Positions 1 to 6,998 of a stretch of DNA of 33,442 nucleotides are shown one piece after another. Origin of the DNA: a virus (taxonomy: Duplodnaviria; Caudoviricetes); IMG/VR virus record IMGVR_UViG_3300035135_000065, positions 1 through 33,442 of that record. One strand, written 5' to 3'. The notes under the pieces are model-generated. The model was not told where the DNA came from, made no database searches, and was given only the letters and a program-made list of their open reading frames with translations. A program made the translations under genes and the position numbers. The stretch's first letter is position 1. Every line of letters begins with the position of its first letter.

Positions 1-46
1 CTTCAGGTCTACGTTTACTACCTTTACCACCATGCCACTTAGACAT
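1..46 (-). CDS. 5' fragment of small basic phage protein (MSKWHGGKGSKRRPE...), runs off window start
   Basis: ATG at 46 overlaps the stop of 39..545; 15 open codons to the window edge; probably continues at 33367-33441. Confidence 0.6.
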   Translation of the reverse strand, partial: MSKWHGGKGSKRRPE

Positions 47-545
47 AATTTACCTTTTGGAAATTAACTGACTTATCTAATTTAGATAGCAATACTTTTG
101 CTTGCATAAAATCTTTAGGTAAACATCTTAGTAATTCTTCTACGCTAAATATCACCATATCTTTTTCATCCTTATGTATTTTTTCTAATACAGGTTTATC
201 AGCATCAGTATCACAAATTAAAGCTGTCTTATTATCAAAGTTAAAACATCTAGCATTTGGTTGTATTTGTATATATCCACTTTCTTCACATTTGATATTT
301 AATTGCTCAAAAGCTCTTATCATCATTTCAACCATTTTTAGTTTCTTTTGAGTAGAATCGTTTTGCAAAGATTCTTTTAACATTTGTTCTGCTCTACAAA
401 ACTTAATCTCAAAATTAACACCTACCATTTTAAAGATACGTTTTCGATTACCCCACTTAACATAAGTATCAAGTTCATAAGTTCTTAATTCTTTTAACTT
501 TTGCTCTAAAGTTTCATCTAAATATGTTTTTATTGGTTTGGTCAT
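39..545 (-). CDS. hypothetical phage protein downstream of primase-helicase
   Basis: 168-aa ORF on the coding strand; no motif recognised. Confidence 0.7.
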   Translation of the reverse strand: MTKPIKTYLDETLEQKLKELRTYELDTYVKWGNRKRIFKMVGVNFEIKFCRAEQMLKESLQNDSTQKKLKMVEMMIRAFEQLNIKCEESGYIQIQPNARCFNFDNKTALICDTDADKPVLEKIHKDEKDMVIFSVEELLRCLPKDFMQAKVLLSKLDKSVNFQKVNYV

Positions 546-563
546 AATACTTGAATTACATAG

Positions 564-671
564 TGGTTTGGGTTGGTTGTATTAGAAATACAAACCAAAC
601 CAACCAACTTTTTGATAATTTGGCTAAAAAACCAAACCAAAACCAAACCAAAACCAAACCAAAACCAAACC
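564..671. repeat. four perfect tandem copies of AAAACCAAACC (628-671) plus an imperfect inverted repeat (about 564-608); candidate replication origin
   Basis: 11-mers at 628-638, 639-649, 650-660 and 661-671; TTGTATT-AGA-AATACAA stem flanked by GGTTTG/GGTTGG and CAAACC/CCAACC arms; intergenic, right after primase-helicase. Confidence 0.85.
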
Positions 672-674
672 ATA

Positions 675-2579
675 TTAATATTCTCCTTTAGCTTCAAAAA
701 TCTGATTATCCCAAGTTTTTGCTTGATAACCCTTTCTTTCATCATAATTAATCATATTTAGTTCAAGCATATCTTTTAATCTACCTGATAATGTAGGTCT
801 TTTTATATCCATAATTGCTGCTAAAACACCAACCTTTACCCAAACATCTATAGGATTATTTGGATTCTTTTCTTTTTGATACTCTTCAATTGCTTCAATT
901 GTTTTTACTCTAGCAGGAGTATAAATACTTGTTTTAGGTTTTTCATCAGTCAATGCCAATACGCCTGATGTAACACCTTCATATCCATACAATGTAAGTT
1001 CTTTGAATTGGAAATATAAATCATCTATAGGCGTACCATCTTTAACTAATGTTTGCTTCAAAGTAACAAGCATAGCCTTGTCATCACTATTCTTATCTCT
1101 ATCGACTCTAAATTCATAATCAAGAGCTGCTGGTAATACTGAGCTACCTCTTGCTCTACCATTAGAACCATGACCTGTATGATGCACTATGACCATAGAT
1201 GCTTGGAATTCTTCTTTAAGCTCGTCAATACGCTGTATAAACTTATTCATGTCCTCAGTGCTGTTCTCATTAAGACCATAGTTTCTAGCTAAGGTATCAA
1301 CAATAATCATGCCTACATTTCCATGCTCTCTTTCTATATCTCTACAAACTTCTTGCAACATAGCAAATTCAGCATCATCACCTATTCTTGAACCTCTATT
1401 AGATATCAATAATGGTGCTTCAGATAAACTTCTGCTATAGAACTGCTCATAACTTTTAATACGTCTAGCAACAGCAGTATGACCCTCACCAGCTAAATAC
1501 AGCACTGTAGAAGGTTTAGTATCAAATCCATAGAAATCTTTACCTGATGCAATAGAACAAGCCATAGCAATAGCTATAAATGACTTACCACTCTTAGGTG
1601 CTCCATAAATACTTGTAACTGTAGCTCTTTCTATACATCTATCTACTAACCAGTCAGGCTCAGTCATTTTTTCCATTATCTCATTGACTGTTTGGAAATA
1701 TAGAGAACCTCTTGGACGTTCTACTTCGTTTCTATCTATATAATCTTCTAACTCCTTTGAACTTTTAAAATAACCTGATTCGTATGCATCGTATAAATCA
1801 TCCTTATCATTAAAGTCTGCTGGTGGTTGTATAACCTTAACCTTGCATTTGTTCTCTTTTAAGAATCGAGATAATTCATTTGCACACTTAATTCCTGCTT
1901 CATCATTGTCAGGAAATATAACTACGTCTCTCCCATATATAGGACTCCAATCTGCTTTTTTCCAAGCATTGACCCCACCATGCCAAGTTGCACTGTCATA
2001 ATCCCAAATGCTCTCACATCCTCTCAGAGCCTTCTCACCTTCATTTATAATAATAGCCTTATCAGGGTACTTATTTGTGTAATAAATAGGTAGAGAGCCT
2101 TCAGGTCGCTTCATAGACCAAGTGCTATCAGGATTAAGGGTAAATGGTGCGTATTTTTGTTTTATATGATGCCCTTCAGGAAATCTTAAAACCATAAAGT
2201 TATCAGCATACTTGACCTTCACAATAGCTTGTTTGTAAAGGTCAATCATCTGCTCTCGAGAGAATGACCTAGCATTACTTGTGGTTTCGCTTTTAGGGGG
2301 GTTAAAACCACTTAATAAGGAGTCATTAGATTGTAATGCTAAGTCATAACCAAACTGTTTTAAAATAGAATTGACATCTTGATTCATGTGCTTAATTAAA
2401 TCAATTAATCCACCACCTAAATCGTTTTCAAAATCCCACCAAGTTCCAGCATCTACGTTAACTACTAGTGAACCATGATTACCATATCGCCATTCATGTG
2501 ACCTTTTGGTTCTAGGCTCACCTAGTAGTTGTAGTGCAACTTCAGGTGCTATTCTTTGCCAGTCTATCTGTTGCATCAA
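675..2579 (-). CDS. primase-helicase (TOPRIM + RepA/AAA_25 SF4 helicase, C-terminal wHTH-like region)
   Basis: TOPRIM motifs IINEGEKA and FPDNDEAG; Walker A GAPKSGKS; Walker B IIVDT; IVHHTG and RGSS motifs of RepA-type helicases. Confidence 0.92.
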   Translation of the reverse strand: MMQQIDWQRIAPEVALQLLGEPRTKRSHEWRYGNHGSLVVNVDAGTWWDFENDLGGGLIDLIKHMNQDVNSILKQFGYDLALQSNDSLLSGFNPPKSETTSNARSFSREQMIDLYKQAIVKVKYADNFMVLRFPEGHHIKQKYAPFTLNPDSTWSMKRPEGSLPIYYTNKYPDKAIIINEGEKALRGCESIWDYDSATWHGGVNAWKKADWSPIYGRDVVIFPDNDEAGIKCANELSRFLKENKCKVKVIQPPADFNDKDDLYDAYESGYFKSSKELEDYIDRNEVERPRGSLYFQTVNEIMEKMTEPDWLVDRCIERATVTSIYGAPKSGKSFIAIAMACSIASGKDFYGFDTKPSTVLYLAGEGHTAVARRIKSYEQFYSRSLSEAPLLISNRGSRIGDDAEFAMLQEVCRDIEREHGNVGMIIVDTLARNYGLNENSTEDMNKFIQRIDELKEEFQASMVIVHHTGHGSNGRARGSSVLPAALDYEFRVDRDKNSDDKAMLVTLKQTLVKDGTPIDDLYFQFKELTLYGYEGVTSGVLALTDEKPKTSIYTPARVKTIEAIEEYQKEKNPNNPIDVWVKVGVLAAIMDIKRPTLSGRLKDMLELNMINYDERKGYQAKTWDNQIFEAKGEY

Positions 2580-3202
2580 AATGGAATATCATCATCTGTT
2601 AATAAATCAGTATTCTTGCTAATCTGCTCATTAACTAAGTCAGATAAACCATCGTTAGGACTTTTAAATCCATCGTCTGCATTTGTATCACCATCGTTGT
2701 CATAAAATGCTGGTATTTCAAAGTTAGCAAATCTAGGTGCAAATTTACTAAATTTAAAATCTATTTCAGATGACCTACCCATGCCAACTTGTATTTCTTT
2801 TGAACCAACAAATTCAACAACAGGTAATGAATCACTGTTTACATCCATTTGATTCCAAAAGCCAGTTAATATCGTATTAAAAGCTCTTGATTCAGCAACA
2901 GTGAATCTACTCCAAATTAGTGCATGGTCATGTCCGTAAGGCATAACTACACAACTGAAGGCTCTTTTCCAATCGTCTGCTGGTTTAGGTTCTGCAACTC
3001 CAAACTTAGCATCCCATTGATATTGATATTCTCCTGCATATCGTCCCCATCCACTTTTAAAAGTTGCAGGGTCTAATTGCAGATATTTAATATCAATTGG
3101 CGTTTTACCATTAACAAAGAACTTTTGGTCTGCTGTTTTAAAAGCAAGATAATAGTCTTTGCTATCTCCATTGGAACTACTCATTCCACCTAATATATCC
3201 AT
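2576..3202 (-). CDS. putative single-stranded DNA-binding protein
   Basis: Acidic C-terminal tail ending DDDIPF; aromatic-rich core; next to primase-helicase; RBS GGAGAG. Confidence 0.7.
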   Translation of the reverse strand: MDILGGMSSSNGDSKDYYLAFKTADQKFFVNGKTPIDIKYLQLDPATFKSGWGRYAGEYQYQWDAKFGVAEPKPADDWKRAFSCVVMPYGHDHALIWSRFTVAESRAFNTILTGFWNQMDVNSDSLPVVEFVGSKEIQVGMGRSSEIDFKFSKFAPRFANFEIPAFYDNDGDTNADDGFKSPNDGLSDLVNEQISKNTDLLTDDDIPF

Positions 3203-3216
3203 ATACTCTCCTATGG

Positions 3217-3405
3217 TTAATGTATTGTTTTCTCAATACTGTTTAAATAATCAGTTTCAAGTTGGGTATGACACCTTTCCTTAAAACTTTCATAATCCTC
3301 GTCATTTATAATTCCGAGAAATTCGCAAGCATTTTGAATCTTCTCATAGGCAAACCTACAATAATCTTCAAAGTCCTGCTCAAGCAGGTAGCTGTTTAAA
3401 TCCAT
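3217..3405 (-). CDS. small acidic hypothetical protein
   Basis: ORF 3217..3426; start at MDLNSY (3405) reduces overlap with the resolvase. Confidence 0.6.
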   Translation of the reverse strand: MDLNSYLLEQDFEDYCRFAYEKIQNACEFLGIINDEDYESFKERCHTQLETDYLNSIEKTIH

Positions 3406-3814
3406 CTGCTCTTTGTATGATTTCATCTAATCTGTCACATATATCTGATAATGGACACATATATGCACACTGCCAGTTTGGTTTCTCAAATTGATTAAAT
3501 AGCCATAGTGGTATTACAGCCATAATACTTCTTCTGTCAAACTTGTATATCAATATAGGAATCAAGTTATCACCAGCACTATCTATTGCTTGTTGCCACC
3601 ATTCGTTCTTGTAAATGTTTTGCTTGCCATTGTTCTTATATCTTTTACATTCAATAGCAAAGTTCCTGAAATAAATGTCAGCCATACCTTTTGTTTGATA
3701 CTGGTCTAGGTTTCTTTTTACTCTCTCCTCTAAACCTTTTTCTTCTAACACTGCATTGAGCTTGTTGACTATTAATCTCTCAAAAGCTGCACCTTTATTT
3801 CTACCATTTACCAT
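3380..3814 (-). CDS. Holliday junction resolvase-like PD-(D/E)XK nuclease
   Basis: RNKGAAFER...GMADI...AIECKRYK...WWQQA pattern of phage Hjc-like resolvases; start 3814 has a GAGGT RBS. Confidence 0.82.
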   Translation of the reverse strand: MVNGRNKGAAFERLIVNKLNAVLEEKGLEERVKRNLDQYQTKGMADIYFRNFAIECKRYKNNGKQNIYKNEWWQQAIDSAGDNLIPILIYKFDRRSIMAVIPLWLFNQFEKPNWQCAYMCPLSDICDRLDEIIQRADGFKQLPA

Positions 3815-3815
3815 A

Positions 3816-4376
3816 TTAAACCTCGTTACCCCAACAGTCCCAACCATCTACTTTTTCTCTTGCAAATAATTCTATTCTAGGCAATTTACCACAAAGATTT
3901 TCAATTCTTTGTCTTGTATCTAATGGTTTCTTGCTATGTTTATCCCTTGGCTCTTGTATAATTTGTTTAACATTTTTTGCCTGTCGCCAATATTTACCCT
4001 TTAATGCTAATAAACAAAACTCTGCATTTTGATTAGTGTAATGCCCCATGCCTGAATATGGTTTGCTATAATCCTTTGTCATTTTTACCCAAACAAATCC
4101 CATTGTCTTATATGTAAAACCCCAATGTTTTATAACCTCAAAACCATAATCTAATAAACTAGAAGTACACCAAAGAAATAGCATACAGTTTTCATCTGCT
4201 ATATTTTTTATTGGTATTGCACAAATATCTTCTAATGACATTGTTGGATAGTGCTTTTCTGCACCACCTGCACCATTTGGATTTTTAAATCCTGCACCTT
4301 TTCTAGTGTCGTTATACTTCCAAGGTGGGTCAGCATAAATTATGTTATATTTTTTATTAGGTAATGATATCTGCAT
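3816..4376 (-). CDS. MT-A70 family N6-adenine methyltransferase
   Basis: IIYADPPW catalytic motif, HYPTMSLEDI, LFLW, FVWVK, HSKKP, RIELFAR. Confidence 0.93.
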   Translation of the reverse strand: MQISLPNKKYNIIYADPPWKYNDTRKGAGFKNPNGAGGAEKHYPTMSLEDICAIPIKNIADENCMLFLWCTSSLLDYGFEVIKHWGFTYKTMGFVWVKMTKDYSKPYSGMGHYTNQNAEFCLLALKGKYWRQAKNVKQIIQEPRDKHSKKPLDTRQRIENLCGKLPRIELFAREKVDGWDCWGNEV

Positions 4377-4483
4377 TAATCTAACTCTCTAATTACATAT
4401 ATAAATGCTAATACACTTATTAATGCACCTATAAATATTAATCCAAATACTCCTGCAATAAAATATAATATCCACTCAAGCAT
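4376..4483 (-). CDS. 35-aa single-pass membrane peptide (MLEWILYFIAGVFGLIFIGALISVLAFIYVIRELD)
   Basis: Own translation; hydrophobic; start and stop overlap both neighbours. Confidence 0.7.
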   Translation of the reverse strand: MLEWILYFIAGVFGLIFIGALISVLAFIYVIRELD

Positions 4484-4640
4484 CGTAATCAGTCCTTACT
4501 ACTTTGCCACTCATATATGTTACTTCCCTGTAATGCTTACCAGCACCTTTTTGAAAATAATATGTTTTGATTTGCTTATCTAGTTTTTCTAGTTCTAGTT
4601 CTTTTCTACGCTTTTCAACTGCTGCACTATTTTGACCCAT
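4476..4640 (-). CDS. 54-aa hypothetical protein (MGQNSAAVEKRRKELE...)
   Basis: Own translation; AAGGAG RBS; overlaps neighbours. Confidence 0.72.
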   Translation of the reverse strand: MGQNSAAVEKRRKELELEKLDKQIKTYYFQKGAGKHYREVTYMSGKVVRTDYDA

Positions 4641-4788
4641 GATTATTCTCCTTGTAAGAAACCATGCCTAGCTTTAGCAATAGCTGAGTAGCAGATTCGA
4701 TATTCATATTATTTGTGATTGCAAACACCTTGATATCCTTATGTAATTCTTCAGGAATCCAAAGTGCCTTTTTTGTTTTTTCGTCCAT
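4627..4788 (-). CDS. 53-aa putative ribbon-helix-helix DNA-binding protein (MDEKTKKALWIPEELHKDIKVFAITNNMNIESATQLLLKLG...)
   Basis: Own translation; GGAGAG RBS; short strand + IPEELHKDIK helix + second helix as in Arc/CopG/ParG-type proteins. Confidence 0.68.
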   Translation of the reverse strand: MDEKTKKALWIPEELHKDIKVFAITNNMNIESATQLLLKLGMVSYKENNHGSK

Positions 4789-4806
4789 AATGACTCTCCG
4801 TTTTTA

Positions 4807-4835
4807 ATATTAATATTATTTTGATAATAAAGCAA
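4807..4835 (-). promoter_or_regulatory. putative sigma70 promoter for the RHH/replication operon
   Basis: TTGCTT (4835-4830), 17 nt, TAATAT (4812-4807); -10 lies inside palindrome TAATATTAATATTA (4805-4818). Confidence 0.55.
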
Positions 4836-4846
4836 AAACTTTATTA
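4825..4846. promoter_or_regulatory. palindromic operator TAATAAAG-N6-CTTTATTA
   Basis: Perfect 8-bp inverted repeat overlapping the -35 boxes of both divergent promoter candidates. Confidence 0.55.
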
Positions 4847-4872
4847 CCTACCCTTCCAAAAACCCTTATACT
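4844..4872 (+). promoter_or_regulatory. putative sigma70 promoter for plus-strand sRNA
   Basis: TTACCT (4844-4849), 17 nt, TATACT (4867-4872); predicted +1 near 4879 is the first base of the hairpin. Confidence 0.45.
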
Positions 4873-4878
4873 TAGTTC

Positions 4879-4940
4879 AAGGGCGTAAGATAAACTCTCC
4901 ATAAATCTAAATACTCTCATATATCTATTCGCCCTTTTTT
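4879..4940 (+). ncRNA. candidate small RNA: closed stem, 29-nt loop with two anti-Shine-Dalgarno-like motifs, 3' U-tract
   Basis: AAGGGCG (4879-4885) pairs with CGCCCTT (4930-4936); AGATA pairs with TATCT; T6 at 4935-4940; loop has AACTCTCCATA and ATACTCTCATA. Confidence 0.5.
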
Positions 4941-5068
4941 AAAATCTGAGTTACGTTATTAATTACAAGCACTTTTTCATTTTTACCTTGTTTATTTAAA
5001 CGATTTTGTTTTGTGTACTCATAACAATAAATGTACTTACCTCTCTTGTTTATATATAGCTTGTTCAT
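4925..5068 (-). CDS. 47-aa basic hypothetical protein (MNKLYINKRGKYIYCYEY...)
   Basis: Own translation; TAATG coupling with the exonuclease stop. Confidence 0.5.
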   Translation of the reverse strand: MNKLYINKRGKYIYCYEYTKQNRLNKQGKNEKVLVINNVTQILKKGE

Positions 5069-5898
5069 TACAACACCAAATCCACAACATTAGGACTATT
5101 GTAAATACTTAGAGGTTTACCCTTTTGATACTCTTTATAATCATTCAGGTATTGCTCCATCATAGTCCAGCCATAATCCATTTGTTCTTTTGTGATTCTA
5201 AATACCTTAGATGCAAAAGGCTGTACTTTCTCTTGGGCTATAAATAAGAAATCAGTTACTTCATATCCTGCCATCTCAACACCTCTTCTATAATAAGCAG
5301 CTTGCATATCATAGCCATACTTCTTAACTGAATAATTAAAAGCATGAGGTTCGCAAGATATAGTAGTTTTATAATCTATAACAACTATCTTATTATCTGA
5401 GTTAGGTTTATCTAAAGGCGGACACATAACATCAGGTCTGCATTTACATAGCACATCATCTTCATACCAATAGATACTTGCTTCAGGTATCTTGCCAGTT
5501 GCATTTAAGTAAGCATTACCCTCATATATCATATTCTCCTTCATGCCATTGATAATCTCAGCTTCATCTTCTTTTAGAACTATGAATCCTTGTTCTTCGT
5601 ATTCAGCCTTTTCTTCTTTGTATGCTTTGGTATATGGAGAACCTGTAAGCACCCTGACTTCTTTATCAAATGCTTCTTGTCCTTCTACTAATAAAGAATG
5701 TGCTGCTGTTCCAAACTTAAGTGCTGGAGTAGATTCAGAAGTATAGTTGACTGCATGAAGTTGGGATTGACCAAACCTTCTAACATAACTACTACTGATG
5801 CCTACGCTTGCATGATAGTCTTCATTAGGTAAGTCTTTATAAATAAGAGCCTGACCCTTTTGTTTTGATTCAAAGTTTTTAAGTGATTCTATTTTCAT
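5068..5898 (-). CDS. exonuclease VIII/RecE-like PD-(D/E)XK nuclease (DUF3799-like)
   Basis: NEDYHA..ISSS, FGTAAHSLLVE, CKCRPD, IDYKTT, YGYDMQAAYY, FLFIAQEK. Confidence 0.88.
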   Translation of the reverse strand: MKIESLKNFESKQKGQALIYKDLPNEDYHASVGISSSYVRRFGQSQLHAVNYTSESTPALKFGTAAHSLLVEGQEAFDKEVRVLTGSPYTKAYKEEKAEYEEQGFIVLKEDEAEIINGMKENMIYEGNAYLNATGKIPEASIYWYEDDVLCKCRPDVMCPPLDKPNSDNKIVVIDYKTTISCEPHAFNYSVKKYGYDMQAAYYRRGVEMAGYEVTDFLFIAQEKVQPFASKVFRITKEQMDYGWTMMEQYLNDYKEYQKGKPLSIYNSPNVVDLVL

Positions 5899-6071
5899 CT
5901 TGCTAATCCTAAAATGTATCTAACTTCATCTAGTGAATCTCTGACTTTGTATTCATCACCATTGACTTCAACTATGACATCACTAGTGAATTCATCTTTG
6001 TAGAAACCACTGATTGCTCTAGCAGGAATATTTAATTCACCACCACCCATTAAATTAAATGTTACATTCAT
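5895..6071 (-). CDS. 58-aa hypothetical protein, FlbD-like pattern
   Basis: Own translation MNVTFNLMGGGELNIPARAI...VNGDEYKVRDSLDEVRYIL; ATGA overlaps at both ends. Confidence 0.7.
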   Translation of the reverse strand: MNVTFNLMGGGELNIPARAISGFYKDEFTSDVIVEVNGDEYKVRDSLDEVRYILGLAR

Positions 6072-6145
6072 TTTCTGTTATTCCTGTCGTGCATTATTAA
6101 GCACATAACAGCTAACATTATTAAAGTTTGTGGACTCTCAATCAT
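6068..6145 (-). CDS. 25-aa hydrophobic peptide (MIESPQTLIMLAVMCLIMHDRNNRK)
   Basis: AAGGAGAG RBS; stop overlaps the next ATG. Confidence 0.55.
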   Translation of the reverse strand: MIESPQTLIMLAVMCLIMHDRNNRK

Positions 6146-6401
6146 TTTTACTCTCCTTTAAATTTAATTTATGAATCTTATAAATGCCTTTCTGATACTC
6201 AAAATCAGATTGCATATCTTCCCAAATCTCGTCTTTGATTTCTTGCTTGATAGAAGCATCAACTTTAGTAACTAATTCAAACTCAGACTTCTTAGGAATC
6301 CACCATTGATGATTCAATGATTTGTATTCAGGAGATGGTTGACCTGAGTCTTTCCATCTCCATTGAATAACACCATGTTTGGTATTGCACATTAGGTTCA
6401 T
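6138..6401 (-). CDS. hypothetical early protein
   Basis: 87-aa ORF with AGGAGAG RBS. Confidence 0.75.
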   Translation of the reverse strand: MNLMCNTKHGVIQWRWKDSGQPSPEYKSLNHQWWIPKKSEFELVTKVDASIKQEIKDEIWEDMQSDFEYQKGIYKIHKLNLKESKND

Positions 6402-6598
6402 TATTTACTCTCCTGTAATTTTTCAATTATATTTTCAATCACCTTTATTTCATTAGATATTTCTCTTGGAGTTTCTAATGCATAAGTTTCTTTGTTGTTC
6501 TTTACCCATGCTAAGTTATCTTGCTTGTCACATAACATATACTCAGCACATTCATGCATCAGTTCTATTTGTCTTTTGGTAAACTCTAATTTAACCAT
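6401..6598 (-). CDS. hypothetical early protein
   Basis: 65-aa ORF; AAGGAG RBS; TAATG coupling. Confidence 0.72.
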   Translation of the reverse strand: MVKLEFTKRQIELMHECAEYMLCDKQDNLAWVKNNKETYALETPREISNEIKVIENIIEKLQESK

Positions 6599-6744
6599 TA
6601 CTTCTTCTCCTTAGTTAATTTAACCTTATGCCCTTGAGCAATTAATCTAGCTCTCTTCTTAGCCATGTAAAATATATCGCTAGTCTTGATAGCAACCACC
6701 CAGCCTAAGCTAGGTAGTTGAACTTGTAGTGTGTATCTAGTCAT
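6598..6744 (-). CDS. 48-aa basic hypothetical protein (MTRYTLQVQLPSLGWVVAIK...)
   Basis: Own translation; GAGGAG RBS; fills the gap between coupled ORFs. Confidence 0.7.
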   Translation of the reverse strand: MTRYTLQVQLPSLGWVVAIKTSDIFYMAKKRARLIAQGHKVKLTKEKK

Positions 6745-6919
6745 TAGCCTTCTCCTCTAAACGAAAGATAATTCTTGACATATAACACTGACAGATATTG
6801 TGTAACTCAGTTGGCATATCTATACCTCTAACACTACACTCATGACCAACATTGCTTAAAAGCTCCCAAGCTCTATGAGCATCATTAATCATTTTTTGTG
6901 TTACTTTTTTCTTTTTCAT
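6737..6919 (-). CDS. hypothetical early protein, first gene of early operon
   Basis: AAGGAG RBS before ATG 6919; in-frame upstream ATG at 6949. Confidence 0.7.
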   Translation of the reverse strand: MKKKKVTQKMINDAHRAWELLSNVGHECSVRGIDMPTELHNICQCYMSRIIFRLEEKAND

Positions 6920-6954
6920 GTTATTTAACTCCTTATTTTTAATTAACATAACGT

Positions 6955-6984
6955 ATTATATACATAAATATACAAATATGTAAA
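6955..6984 (-). promoter_or_regulatory. early sigma70 promoter
   Basis: TTTACA (6984-6979), 18 nt, TATAAT (6960-6955) in an AT-rich gap at the lysis/early boundary. Confidence 0.7.
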
Positions 6985-6998
6985 TAAATATATAGAAA

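Noticed and set aside
564-671. Repeat array as CRISPR
   Set aside because: Contiguous 11-mers with no spacers and no cas genes.
542-761. ORFs 542..745 (-) and 573..761 (+)
   Set aside because: They translate the AAACC repeat (WFWFGFG / KPKPNQNQ) and overlap the primase gene; artefacts of low complexity.
4879-4940. tRNA or ordinary terminator
   Set aside because: No cloverleaf or T-loop; the 29-nt loop is too large for a typical terminator and there is no plus-strand gene to terminate.
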